Below, in pieces: positions 13,056 through 25,161 of a stretch of DNA of 64,000 nucleotides. The notes beneath the pieces are model-generated. The model did no database searches. It saw only the letters and a program-made list of their open reading frames with translations, and was not told the origin of the DNA. Position numbers and translations under genes: made by a program. Origin of the DNA: Microthyrium microscopicum (Eukaryota); NCBI GenBank assembly GCA_010405405.1, contig MU004234.1:1329275-1393274 (forward strand), given 5' to 3'. How positions within the stretch are numbered: position 1 is the first letter of the stretch; every line of letters starts with the position of its first letter.

Positions 13056-14216
13056 TTACCTGTCTTTTCGCCGTGATGGCATGCCGATATCTTCGATATC
13101 AACAGCCTTTTCTTCGATTTTAATTACCTTCCCTTCTTGCTCTATACTCTCACTTTTGATCTCTTCTTTGACAAGGATCTCCGCCCCATCTTGCCCTTCC
13201 ATCTTGACCTCAATCTTCGCTTCCTTTTTGACTCTCCGTACGCCCACAGCGCTAGGACACAACCCTCTCTCCGCCAGCACACACTCGCCGCACTTCCTAC
13301 CCACCGGCAAGCACAATACCTGGCCAAACCCAACCAGCAGCCAATTGATTTCATGCCACTTATCCTTCGGTAGCCAAGCCTGCAGCGCCAAGCGCGTCTC
13401 TTCCGGCGTCTTAGTCTTATGCCAGCCCCACAAATTCGTAATTCGGTGAACATGAACATCAACACCAATCCCTTCGTCTCGCCCCCACGCCGCACTCATC
13501 GTGAGATACGCCATCTTTGGACCCACACCCGGCAAGCTCGTCAGCCCCTCTATACTGTCCGGTATATCACCATCGAATTGCTCACGTAATATCACCGCAG
13601 CCTTCTTGATGCTCTTCGCCTTTGTATTATGAAAGCCCACCTTGCCAATATGCCCATTCAACACTTGCTCGTCCGCATGCAGTACGCTCTCTAATGAAAG
13701 TCCACCGGGAAGCTCGCGCTGTAGTGTCTGTATCGCGGCAAACGTCACTGCGTCTTTAGTCTGCGACGACAGCATCAGAGAAACTAGTGTCTGGAATCGT
13801 TGGTCACGCGCAGACATAGTTCGATCGGCTGACTGTTCGCAGCCCATAGTATCGACGGGAGCAGGAAGTGATGCGCGCGCGGTTTTCACGAGCTCATATA
13901 CGCGCTCCCAGTCACTGGGTGGCGTTGCGGTGACAGTGCCAGAAGGGTCAGTCTTCACTTTAGCGGACTGGCGGCGTTTGCGCTTCACAGCGGGTGATGC
14001 TAGGATTTCATGTTTAATAGGAGCGGATGGTGATGTCCGCTTGCGTTTGCGGGAGGAGGTGTCTTCGTCAGGGGTATCGAGGCTGATAGCGGGCGCGTTG
14101 TGAGCGAATTGGCGGAGTGAGCTTGCGCGTAGTGATGCGCCGCGGGTGGATGGGGACGCAGTATTGAGCGCTGAAGCTAGACGGGCAGTGTCTTTTGAGA
14201 TGCGAGAGGTTCGCAT
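13056..14216 (-). CDS. NTH1: Endonuclease III homolog (DNA glycosylase/AP lyase)
   Basis: LSSQTKD, HhH motif LPGVGPKMA, GIGVDVHVHRI and the 4Fe-4S motif C-x6-C-x2-C-x7-C. Likely start MRTSR at 14216. Confidence 0.95.
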   Translation of the reverse strand: MRTSRISKDTARLASALNTASPSTRGASLRASSLRQFAHNAPAISLDTPDEDTSSRKRKRTSPSAPIKHEILASPAVKRKRRQSAKVKTDPSGTVTATPPSDWERVYELVKTARASLPAPVDTMGCEQSADRTMSARDQRFQTLVSLMLSSQTKDAVTFAAIQTLQRELPGGLSLESVLHADEQVLNGHIGKVGFHNTKAKSIKKAAVILREQFDGDIPDSIEGLTSLPGVGPKMAYLTMSAAWGRDEGIGVDVHVHRITNLWGWHKTKTPEETRLALQAWLPKDKWHEINWLLVGFGQVLCLPVGRKCGECVLAERGLCPSAVGVRRVKKEAKIEVKMEGQDGAEILVKEEIKSESIEQEGKVIKIEEKAVDIEDIGMPSRRKDR

Positions 14217-14532
14217 GCTGCAAAGATTTTCAGAACTGGACGTTGTATGTGTACTCTGGCAAAAGTTTGTGGAAGTTGAAGTTGGAAATTGGAATCGATG
14301 ATGGGAAGGGGCTTGATATGCACAGCCAATCAAATCCTCTGTAATGGACATGCTCAGCCTTGTCTTCAGCCTCATTGATTTTCTATCAGTCCACCGTCTC
14401 ATGTTTGAAATAGTTCATTACTGCTAGATAAAAGATATATACTTGATAGATACTGTTTCCTATGCTTTGCTTGAGCCCATGGGACATTCGCAAGTTTCTC
14501 CTACCCCATTTGTTAAGGATATCAAATCACAA

Positions 14533-15200
14533 TCAAGCAACGAAGTCATGATCCATCATCTCAGTCTTCTGCTCAAGCTGCGTGACATTGTTTCCGTGTA
14601 TTGTCCTTGCTACCCCCGTGTTGAATCTCGACTCTGTGTTTGGTGAAAAGCATGCCCCTCCTATGGCCAAAGCACCGAAAACGATACTGATCAAATATAC
14701 AGTCCTCACCGAGTTGGAGAAGGCCGTCTGGTATGCATCCATGGCGATCTCAAGGATCTTTGGACTGAGGCCAGGCATGTCTTTGAAAGATCCAGATGCG
14801 AATCCCTTCAGCAGAGCTGATACCGCATCTATGCTTAGCCTAGCCGCTTCAGCTGCAGCACTTACTCTTTCTGGGACCAACGTGGCGAGTCTGTTGGTGA
14901 GCGCAGTGCTGTGGATTGCTAGAGCGACATCAGCAATCCAGTTTCGTGTGGAAGCCAGGAAACCGGTAGCTACTCCAATGTCCTTATCCTCGAGTACAAA
15001 GGTTGCCTGAGTTAGACATACATTCTCCACATATCCTAGTGAGAACCTCCAAGAAGAGTCAACGCCACGGCAATACCCGAGTCGACCAATAAGGTTGTCG
15101 AGTCTATACATATAAGCCCATACATTCGACCTACGTCTTCGAAATGGCAGGGGTGCTCGTGCCCCAATTCCTTTAACCTGTTGCTCAAAATTAAATAGGG
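14533..15200 (-). pseudogene. 3' remnant of a Tri12-like (fungal trichothecene efflux type) MFS transporter
   Basis: Only C-terminal motifs are present (EDKDIGVATGFLASTR, MPGLSPKI, AYQTAFSNSVRTVYLISIVFG). A 1-nt frameshift near 15045 joins GIAVALTLLGG to FSLGYVEN. No room for the N-terminal half. Confidence 0.75.
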
Positions 15201-15421
15201 GCATTGCATTCCGCTTCGATTCATACGAAAAGCAAGTTAACAAATTGGAGACATCATCCGCCCTGATTATTAGTCTGACTTGATTCCACTCCTGCAAGTC
15301 TGCCTATAATGTCAAAACCACGATCATTCCTCCGTTGTACCTACTCTGCACTCAAGGCTCCCTTACAACCACGCCATATATCCAAGGTCGTAAAAAAGCA
15401 TTCATAAGTTCGAGCGTCACA

Positions 15422-16185
15422 ATGCCGAAAATTAGGTATGTAGAGTCCAATAACCTAAGGCAAGAATACGAATCAACTTTCAAGCCAATAGAAGACACCC
15501 ATTCTTTCTATTGGATACAGAAATGGGGCTGAATCATCTACAGGACAACATACTCTGATGACCACAAGTGGAACAAGTTTTGCGAACTACTTCGAAAAAC
15601 ATAAGAAGCTCTGCCACTAGTTCTCACCGCCAACAAGACGGTCATCTCAAATACATGGAATGGCCAGTATGGCAGGATTCGAGACAATTCAACAACGGAT
15701 CCACATCTGACCTTCGGAAACGCTTCCAAGCTTGGCTTACTTCGGACGAGCCTTACACTGAGTTCAAGGTCGTTGATACAGATCGCCCAAGCACCTCGCG
15801 TAATTCGCGAAAATATGAGTGGTCCATTCAAGTTGACGAAGAGACCATGGAAAGCGCTTTGAAATGCGATAACGGTGGAGGTGGAAGAGCAAACGATGAT
15901 GTGGTCGAGGTCAACTGGCGCGAGGGAATGTGTGATGACTTTCCGGCGCCCGATGACTATACCGAACCCAAAAGAATCGAAAGGGATACACAAGAAGCTG
16001 CTGAACAGCATTCAGGGTGGCCTTTCGTAGAAAACAGCCATTCCTTCAACATTGGCTTTCAACGTGTCGCGTTCTGGAGACTATGTCCAGATTATTGGAC
16101 TACGATTGTTGACACGCCGCGCTGGCCATACTATGTTCGCCCAAACGGCATCGCTGGGATCGATGAGGCGCCTAAATTTGATTGA
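15422..16185 (+). pseudogene. Disrupted fungal hypothetical protein of the WGxxIYRxTY type
   Basis: Reads KWG*IIYRTTYSDDHKWNKF with TGA at 15530-15532, then frameshifts near 15597 into ORF 15568..16185. Confidence 0.65.
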
Positions 16186-16350
16186 GAAAAGTGCGATGTC
16201 ATGCCTGTGTGAACAAATTGGTCTTAGTCTATGCTTCAAATGTTCAGTGATAAACTCATAATGTATTCAAGAGTGAAGCATGAGGCCGTTCAATCATCAT
16301 ATTATATGCAATTTTTGCAACCGCGAATCCAAAGAGAACATTCTACAAGG

Positions 16351-19300
16351 TCAAGACGCCTCGGGAAAGTAGTCCTCTTCCTCTTCTTCATACCCATGCC
16401 TAACTATATCCTCAGCGATCTGGCCAAGCGCCCAGACCATGTCATCCTAGAACTACATTAGCATAAAGACATCATGGCAACGGAAGAGGGGGACAACGAT
16501 TCTGTCGATGCAGTATGATACCGAGCGAACCACTATACCATATCAAACAAGAGACGAAGCGAAAAGGATTAGTAGCGAACTTACATCAGTATAGGTACCT
16601 AGCTGTTTGGCTGCGTCCTCGACATTGAACTCTGAATCGCGCGCTTGCGCCAATAACACAGTCTCCAATCTCAGTTTCTCGTCTTTTACACCCTCGACTT
16701 CAAGTTCGCCATCCACGAGTCCATTTCGTTGACAGAAGCCCATGAAACGTATCCAATCAGGATCCACAGAAAGAATTTTTGGATTGCCAATAACTACAAG
16801 ACCATGTCGTGCGCGAGTGAGACATACATTTAAGCGCTGTGGTTGACGGATAATACCTTTGCAGACTTCAATATCGCGCTCTAGGAAGCGCTCCCGCGCA
16901 CGAGTTGTGCAAAGAATGACAAAGCGGCTCTCGAGTCCTTGGAAAGCCTCGCAAGGGCCAATGTTAACATTCCAAAGGTTCTGATCGCGACAGAGTTTTC
17001 GAAGGAGTCGGACTTGAGCTGCAAATGGAGACATGATGCACATGTCTTCTTCATTGATCAAGTCTGAAGATAGGACATGCTGGGCGATAGCAACAGCTCT
17101 GTGTGCTTCACCGTTGTTGAACCAGCCACCACCGTCCTTGTCGCAGTCTTCGTCGCTGGTGTTTGGCACGAAGAGAAGAGGCCATTTACGACCACGCCAG
17201 ATATTCAACGCTTTGAGGCTGTCGATTGTTTCGCCGTTGGTAAGAAGGGTATCCTGGTAGAAAGTATATGAAGAAAAGGCAAGAATGGCCGGATGGGAAC
17301 GGTAGTTGCGGAACAAGTTGGCGAACGGAGGTCGGATCATTGGCAACATGCTTTTGTAGAGAGGAGGTCGGTTTTTGCGGGCAAGAGGATGATCTGAATA
17401 AAGAGGGCGTCTGAACAGTCGAGTAAATAAGGACGTTTTGAGCCGTGGATGATGAGAATAAGTCCTTGGACCTGCGAGAGTTAGTCAATTTGGATCTTGA
17501 TTTACAGCTGAAAGACTAGCAAAATAAATGTAATACTCTCATCAATGGCGATGGCTCAAACCAACGCTACGAAATAGAAGATACTATATTCCTCATATCA
17601 TTCGATGAGCATTTGAGAACCGAATGTCCCCTTTGGAAAACAAAGCATTTGGTATCAGAGCGTGGTGGCTTAACATCGTAAGGATGGGGAGCAGAACATT
17701 TATTTTGCCAGTTCGTTGGCCGCTTTGAAAATAACAAAGGGTTGCGATGGTCTTACCAAGTTGGAATTCATCGCCCGCCATGACGAAAATTGGTTCTTGC
17801 GCAATTGAGCAGTCTATTGGTGGTGCTATCACTGACAAAGGAATCACTGCTTCAGGCTCTATTGCCTGCGCAGCTTCGTCTAAGAGCAGAGCTCCCCAAT
17901 GGAGATTGCATGTATAGTTGGAAGAGGTAGGATGGATAGCTGTCATCACCCCACGCTCGAATTGTGCTATATCCGAGTTCGTTAGGCCTGCATCGACCAG
18001 CATTGAGCTATCCTGGCAGGAAGTCACGACGATCTTGTACCCCATTAGGCGACGAAAGTCGGGTAAAGTGAAGGCATTGTCTGCAGTTGTGCAACAGTAT
18101 TGCTGGAGCATACTTGGCATTTCGATAATGTTTCTTGTCGGTGCGTTCAGGCGGAAAAGCTCGTCAACACCGAGATGTTTGCCCAGTCGATCAAGTAGAG
18201 TATCTGCGGCAGGGTCTGAAGGAGCACAAATTAGGATATGGGAGGTCGAAGGAAGTTGAATCAGCTGCAAAGCAGTTTCCACCAAAGTTTTTGTTTTACC
18301 AGTCCCGGGAGGACCAGATGTGAGATATGGAACACTTCCATAGTTCCGCTCGCATATGCATCGTACAGCTTTCTGCTGTTCGAAGTTGAGCTTGTCGTCA
18401 TACCACTCTTGCGTCGACGACCAAGGATCAAGTTTGTCTTGCCATACACCATCTTGTGGATCTGGGAAAAGCATTTTCTCTACCCACGACTTGTCCAACG
18501 ATATTTGCGAAAGTCTGTTGAGTTTCAAACTGCCCAACGTCCTACCAAAATGAGAAATTGCGTTCAGTCGTGCTTGATATGGCTTCTGCTCAACAGGAAG
18601 AATCACATTGAAGTTCAGATTTCCAGAGAGACCGGGTGCATAGATTGCGACAGTATCTCTTGATCTGATGACAGTGTGAACTCGGGCTATGATTGAAGCT
18701 CCAGTCCATCCAGGAGGAAGCGGTTCCGAAGGGTTCAATATAGCAAGCTGACCGATATTATAGCTAGGTCGTTGAAATGCTTTGATCCATTCTTGCATCA
18801 AGATGATTCGCTTGATAGGATCCATGACGATGAGTTGACGAAGTTCGATCAAATCTCCTGCTTGGATGAAAGGCGTTTCTTCTCGAACACCTGGCCATTC
18901 GAAAGTGTAAAGATCATTATTCTTTGGGTACGGCTGAATCTGTTGGTTGTACAGAGCCTGAAATTTATGTTCAACAAGATGATGCGCAAACTCTCTTCCT
19001 ATCAAGCATTCAAAGTGGCGCTCGTAATTGTCAAACATGGTTTGCTCTGATTCATACTCCAGAAATTCCTTGGTCTCAAAGTAATCCGGTGCGTGATGTA
19101 AAGAAGTGTTGCGCGCATGCTCAAAAAGCTGTCGATTTTGTAAGTATGGCTGGGCGCCAAAAGAGCGGACATAATCAATGTAATCAAAGGCTCGAGGATT
19201 GGGAGCCTTAAAACTGGTGATGGGCCTGAATTCGTTGATGATTCTATAGGCTTCCGGAACAAAGGCGCGGGCGTAGACATCGAGGGTAGAACTGGGAGAA

Positions 19301-19491
19301 GGGGTGTCCTCTCTAGACGATAATCCACTAGTTATTGATTTAGTCGGGGGAGAAGTTGGGAGTTTTGATTTTTGGGCAGCAGCACTGCCAATGGTGGGCC
19401 ATTCTTGGTCATATGGTTTGGTGATCTCATTGTTGTTGTGCGACCTGGGGTCCATCACAATGGGGATGGCGCGTGACGGACGAAGAGGCAT
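16351..19491 (-). CDS. MOV10/SDE3/Armitage-like SF1 (UPF1-like) RNA helicase, 3 exons (19491-17757, 17471-16585, 16446-16351)
   Basis: SGPPGTGKTKTLVE, CAPSDPAAD, LLDEAAQA, AGDEFQLGP, NYRSHPAIL, EAFQGLE and RLNVCLTRA; the PGVREETP...GD motif is typical of the MOV10 subfamily. Introns are canonical. Confidence 0.88.
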
Positions 19492-20350
19492 TGAGACTGC
19501 TCATATTTTGACCCGAGTAGAAATGAATATAGACCACAAAAGTTCGGTTTTGAGCCGTCGCAATGAAAAGGTGATGAAATGGCGGAGTTGATGTTGTTAG
19601 CAGAGATGCTGCTTAGAGTTGTTGGCTTGGTGGTGGTAGACGCAGCACAACTCTTTTGATCAAGGCCAAGTCCTCAGCCACCCATCACCGGCAGTGCATA
19701 TAATTTACAGGCAAAAACAACATATCCTGAGACTTGGTATTCACAATTGAATCCCAATATCCATTCAAAGTTTATTAACTATCGGAAATAACCAGCTTTC
19801 AATGTCAGAACGTGTTAGTGAGTCCGACATGGCAAAAGACGACTCCAATTCTGGGCCTCCACAGTCTCAAGAACAAGCATTAAATATCTATCGTTTCAAT
19901 CGTCAAAGATCACATGAAAGTCATGATTCGTAAGTCCTTATTCACACAAGTCCTGTTCCAAAATTTGTCGACTCTTTTACACTGGCTTCATTTGGCACTC
20001 ACTTTCTCAACTTCTATCCTCCGGAAATTTGATTCCTTGAATCCAGGAGACAATATGTATAAAATGAGCGAACTGCCGCGCTCAACATATATATCTGGCA
20101 AGATGTGCTTGCTGGTCCTTCTCTCATCCCTAGAAGAAAATAGGATGCAGATTGCCGATCACTCTCTAGAAGTTATTCAATACTAGAATAGGAATAGGGA
20201 AACATTTGTTTTATTTCTATACATGAAGGTTCACTTATTACAATAACCTTCTAACGCGATGATAACATGGACGACAGCCACAAATGAAGCTCTTACCGCT
20301 TCTTCCAACAGACGACGCAAAGAGCCATGTGTGACTTCCCAATATTCCTA

Positions 20351-21115
20351 CTACTGCTGAGAAAAGTGTGCAAGAATATTGGTCCAGGTATACTGCGCGG
20401 GAAATTGTCCAATAGTGGTAATCTGAGCTGGGTCAAACACCAACCACATACACTTCTTCGTCAGATCTTGGTCTCGTTTTGTGCATAGTCTTAGCTTCGA
20501 TGGGAAGGCAGTCGCGACGCAGTCATCAACGTGTTCGCGAATAGCCTTGTTGTTCTCAATATGGTTGTTGACTGTCTCGCTAGGAGTTATACCGTTAGTC
20601 AACCTCTGGATAGTTGTTTCTCTGTAGGTACTTACATTTCAAGTGCGAGTGTATGGATTTGGGCGTTACCCACCCGGTTCAGCTGGCATGTGTCGCATTG
20701 GGCACCGTGGAGTGCGATCACTTCGATACAGGCGGTGGTGATGACGTCCAGCAGCGCACTGACTTTACCCGTGTGAGGGTTGAGGATGCCAGTGGTAATC
20801 CAAGCAGGATGGAGCATGCCATTCCAGTGAAGGAAGCGGTGCTCTGATTTTGGTAGGTATTGCTGGCAGCCGGTGCACCAGAGGCAGCGTAGAGTATCAA
20901 GAAGTAGATGGCCAGGGCGCAGCAGCAATAGCAGTTGCTTCTCGGATTGGTTCTGTGTTGGTTGCTCGAACAATCAGTGCGGTGAACTCGGGGTCTCCCA
21001 TTAACTAGGCCTGAATGCGAAGCCTTGGAGGGGGGTGCGAACTGATCATTCGCATCAGCTCTACTGGAACACTCAACGGTATGGTGATGATCGCGTTTGA
21101 ATTAGATTCAGACAT
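20351..21115 (-). pseudogene. F-box/4-Cys family copy A (disrupted)
   Basis: LSVPVELMRMISSH F-box-like start; in-frame TAG at 21005-21007 where copy B has W; frameshift near 20915; then LRCLWCTGC...RFLHWNG...CDTC. Intron 20580-20635 is at the same position as in copy B. Confidence 0.8.
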
Positions 21116-21711
21116 GATTCGGTAGGTTTGGGCGGTATACAGAAGAAGTTATAAGTGGGCTTTCTGCGTTGCGGCCGAGAATAGCGGAAACTTCGGAGTG
21201 AAGCGAGAGGTTGTGGAGGAAGTAATTTCAAACTTTGCGGCAACATTAAGCGTGCGAGAAATAAAGCAATAAACATGCTATACCAAACATGGGAAATTGA
21301 GGTGAGCCATCCGACAGGCGGTTAACGTGATTTCTATCAAGTCGGTCTCAGCATTTGTAGTTGAGGCGAATACATGTTCTGGGATATTGCGCGGTATGCT
21401 GGAGCGCAAGCAACGAATCTGGGTACGATACGATTCCAATAAGGCCATCAGGTAGGCAGAGGATCATCTGACTAATAATGGAGAATAAGAGACTTTGCAC
21501 TGATGGCTTGACAAAGTAAGGTGATTGGAGAATGAAGAAGATCTTAATGTATGAGTAATTGATGTAAGCAAGACCTTTTTCAAGGACTTAGAGTATCAAG
21601 TGCTGTACCAGGCAGTGAGCCTTATCGTCTTTTGTTATACTTTAGCTGCCACCACCTATCATGCTGTCCACCTGCGCCTAAAGCACCCAGCATCAAGCAG
21701 GAGAAAACCTC

Positions 21712-21992
21712 TCTACAGTTTATTAGCAACCAATAGACTGAGCTCGTGCTGGACCAGTTTAGCGAATACCATGGTCCTTTTTGACGCTGTGATCTGCCAA
21801 TTGGCGATCTCATCCTCGAACGGTAGCATGGTTCTATCTAGCAGAAACCACATGGATCTGGATGCCAGATTTAGCTGGTGGAAGGTTCTTGTAGCTCTTC
21901 GGAAGGTTGCGAAGCCATCGTAAGATTCATAAGCTCCCTTAAGGAACGAGCGGCTGACAATGAGTGATGCCGCATATGGAGCACCAAGATAC
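21712..21992 (-). pseudogene. Isolated duplicate of exon 2 of the F-box/4-Cys family (copy C)
   Basis: TFRRATRTFHQLNLASRSMWFLLDRTML...TMVFAKLVQHELSLLVA aligns with copy B exon 2 TFPRAVRNFHQPDLPSMFMWFIFDRAML...TIVFSRLVYRKLGLHIA. Confidence 0.75.
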
Positions 21993-22204
21993 TAAGGGAG
22001 GTAAGAAACTTAAGAGTAGGTACCAGATATGACCAGACAGCAAAGGGAGAGTCACATGATATAAGTTGAAAGAAAGGTTTGGCATTGACTGAGGGTAGGC
22101 ATATGCTCTAGCAGGTATTCAGCCATGGAATGTATTCATCTTTTGATCTAATCTGAGGACTCATAACCGCTCTTGCTCTCCGTGCGACTCAGAGAAATAG
22201 ATCG

Positions 22205-22987
22205 TTACCAAGCGATGTGGAGTCCGAGCTTTCGGTAGACCAATCTGCTGAAAACAATAGTCCAGTCTATCGTAGATGGTTCCAAGTCGGAGATGAGAGG
22301 CTCATCTGAGAGCATAGCACGATCGAATATGAACCACATGAACATACTCGGAAGGTCTGGCTGGTGGAAGTTGCGTACCGCTCTAGGGAAGGTAAGGGCA
22401 ACATAGTCGTCGAACCGAGCTCGTACTTCATCATGGTGCTCGATGTAGTAATTGATGAATCGACTAAGGATTTTAAACTTTAGTAAACTTCAGGATTGAG
22501 CCGTTGTGAGTACTTACATTTCGAAGGAGAGTGTATGCAACCAGTTCTTGTCCAGTTTGATAGAGCGGCACTTGTCACATTTGGCAAACAACGGTGCGAG
22601 CTCCTGAAGCCAGATATCGGCAATGTCGCAGATGAAAGAGGCCGCTAAATTCGCGGGAGGAGACATCCAGGCGGTAAGCGCCCAATTTTCATTGTAGTGG
22701 CCGTTCCAGTGCAGGAAGCGAAGTTCAGACCGTGGGCGGTAAAGATTGCATTGACTGCACCATAAACATCTTATAGCTTCATGAGCGCTGGTACCGACAT
22801 GTTGACGGGCATAGTGTGTAGCTTCCTCAATGAGTTTTCGGTTGGTCGGTCGTGGAAGGAGGTAGTTGAGGCGTGGGTTCCGAACCATCCAGAGGTTCAC
22901 TCGGTCGGAAAGAGATAGATCAGACTCGATCATTCGAAGAAGCTCAAGAGGGAGTGCTGCCAACGAGGCTGCACTTCGAGTGGACAT
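22205..22987 (-). CDS. F-box/4-Cys family copy B, 2 exons (22987-22518, 22463-22205)
   Basis: F-box-like SLAALPLELLRMIESDLSLSDRVNL, followed by CLWCSQC and CDKC. Intron 22464-22517 (GTAAGT...TTAG). Open to TAA at 22205. Confidence 0.8.
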
Positions 22988-23572
22988 GATATGGTAGTTT
23001 CTGCCCAGAAGAGGCAAGAAGTAAGAGTAGCGGTGTCTTCAAGCCAACCGCCAATATTTGGCGCAGCGAGAGGAACCAAGTCGGATAGTGCAGTATTTAG
23101 GACGAGATTTGGTGGTGAAGAAGACGAAGGGACAAGGTGAAGTATGTAAAAAAAAGAATTGGGGCAACGAGCGCGCCTACTGAAAACTTATAGGCGCGTC
23201 CAGTACACCAATACTAAAGTCTCTTCTAGAGTTGAGGTGGAATACCGATATATTCGGTTAGTTTCCGCGCTTATATCTAATCCAGGTGAGCTCTGGAGTG
23301 CATAATAATAGTACCTCGGATGCTTGAGGTATCACTATTGTGACAGTCAAGAGGACTAGTGTACTACTGCCTTTTAGCAAAGAGAATAATGGGCCGAAAA
23401 ATCATAAGGAAAAGGGTTTGTTTGTCCGAGAAGGTCATAGATGCGACTTTGTCAAAAGTACAAGGGCGCATGGTCAGGAATTGATTGTTATGATGCTCCT
23501 GTGATTCTCCTCCAGATATCTTGGCTATGAAATACCAACTAGATTGTCCTTTCAGCATATCCCATGATATGT

Positions 23573-24335
23573 TCAAAGATTTTCAGAAGCGATGGCTTGG
23601 TTAATTGCAAGAGAGAGGAATTTGGACCAGTGCATCCCCTTTGCGGCATCCGGATCCACGTTTCCAGAATATAGCTTCAGAAGTTCTGGGTCGAGCATGA
23701 CCTGCATAACCAACAAGGACAATCTAGCGATGGCTAAGGGCCCCAAGGCGTTAACACCGGTCGGGAAAAAGTCCTCAAGGCCTTGGTCCAGTACTTTCCT
23801 ACTTTCATCGCAGTTTTGAAGGGCGAAGCTGATGGTGTTGATAACCTTCTGGACAGGGGGCACATTCCAGCCATCGAACTCGTAGCTTGAAAGCAGGCAG
23901 TCATGGCACTGACAGTTAGTTTTGCCGTACAAGCTGAGCCATGCTAGGATATTCAATTAGTTCTGCTTCTTGCAGTGCTCGATAGAGAAATATACCTTTG
24001 GAGACTTGGTTGGCAACGACTTCCGCAAATTGAGCAGCATTGCAGTCGGCATCTTCCTCCCAACAGAAGGGATCCAGTTGGAGGAAACGAAAGTAACGCC
24101 ATGATTTGACATGATTACAATTTGTACACCACAGATGTCTGATGGCTTTGTGAGGTTCGGGCCATGATATTTCGACTTGTTTGATGATGCTTTGGTTGTT
24201 TTCAGGCAGGAGGTATAGTTTGCGCAAGCGGCTACATGTGTGGCCGATGGCGATTCTCTCTGTGATAGAGAGGTGATTTGAGATCATGATGATCAGCTCT
24301 CCTGGCAGCTTGGAGAGGTTTGCGTAAGAAGACAT
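23573..24335 (-). CDS. F-box/4-Cys family copy D, 2 exons (24335-23996, 23943-23573), about 236 aa
   Basis: F-box NLSKLPGELIIMISNHLSITERIAIGHTCSRLR, then AIRHLWCTNC. A 52-nt intron at 23944-23995 joins it in frame to AWLSLYGKTNCQCHDC. Confidence 0.78.
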
Positions 24336-25161
24336 TGGACAAAAGTTCTGTCCAGTGTGTGACAGCTCTTGAGCACAAAGATATGGCAAATATAGAATGC
24401 AGACACAAAAGTTTATATATTGGAAGAATGGTTAGAAACATCGTACTGGGCCTAGTGTGGACAAGTGAATCAAGACAGATTTGAGCCCATGCTACTTAAT
24501 GAGCAAATCATAGGAGTTGAGATTTATTAAAGATATGATGAGCAGACTTGAATGCGTGTGTTTTTTTATTTAAAGCTCACAGCGCTTCAAAGACTCTCAG
24601 ATCTATCTTGATCTTATAGTCAATTGCCAAAAAGAAAATTAATGGCAGTGGCAATTACTCAACTCGGAATGGCTTGAAAGGGCTGAGGTAGATCATTGTC
24701 CTTGCTTGCCCGATAGATATTTCATGACTCTGTCAAATTGTTTCCTGTTTCCATAACTCACCAGCCATGATAAACAAATTCCAAGACTTCAGTGATGCAG
24801 AAACTGATCACAGGACTAATTCAACAAGTGGAGTCGGCACAATCTTCATGGCAGATCTGCCCATGATCCCTACTGTCAGTCATTCTTACTTCCAGGTTCG
24901 ATATCTCACGAAGATAGACAAGCGTTCTATAAGTGTGTTGAAACATATAATTTTCCATGCCATTCAAGATAGTAAAAATATGAAGCTTCCTTGTGGCATG
25001 AAGATTAGCACCAGGGCAAAGCAATACCACTAAATAGATTTTTCTGATGTCGTGAGCTTTGCGCATGGATTTGGTATCAGAAACTGCAGACAATGTGAGA
25101 TTGTCATCTAATAAATGCAACTTGTCCATTATCTACGGGTACAAATTCTGTAAATGTTGAC

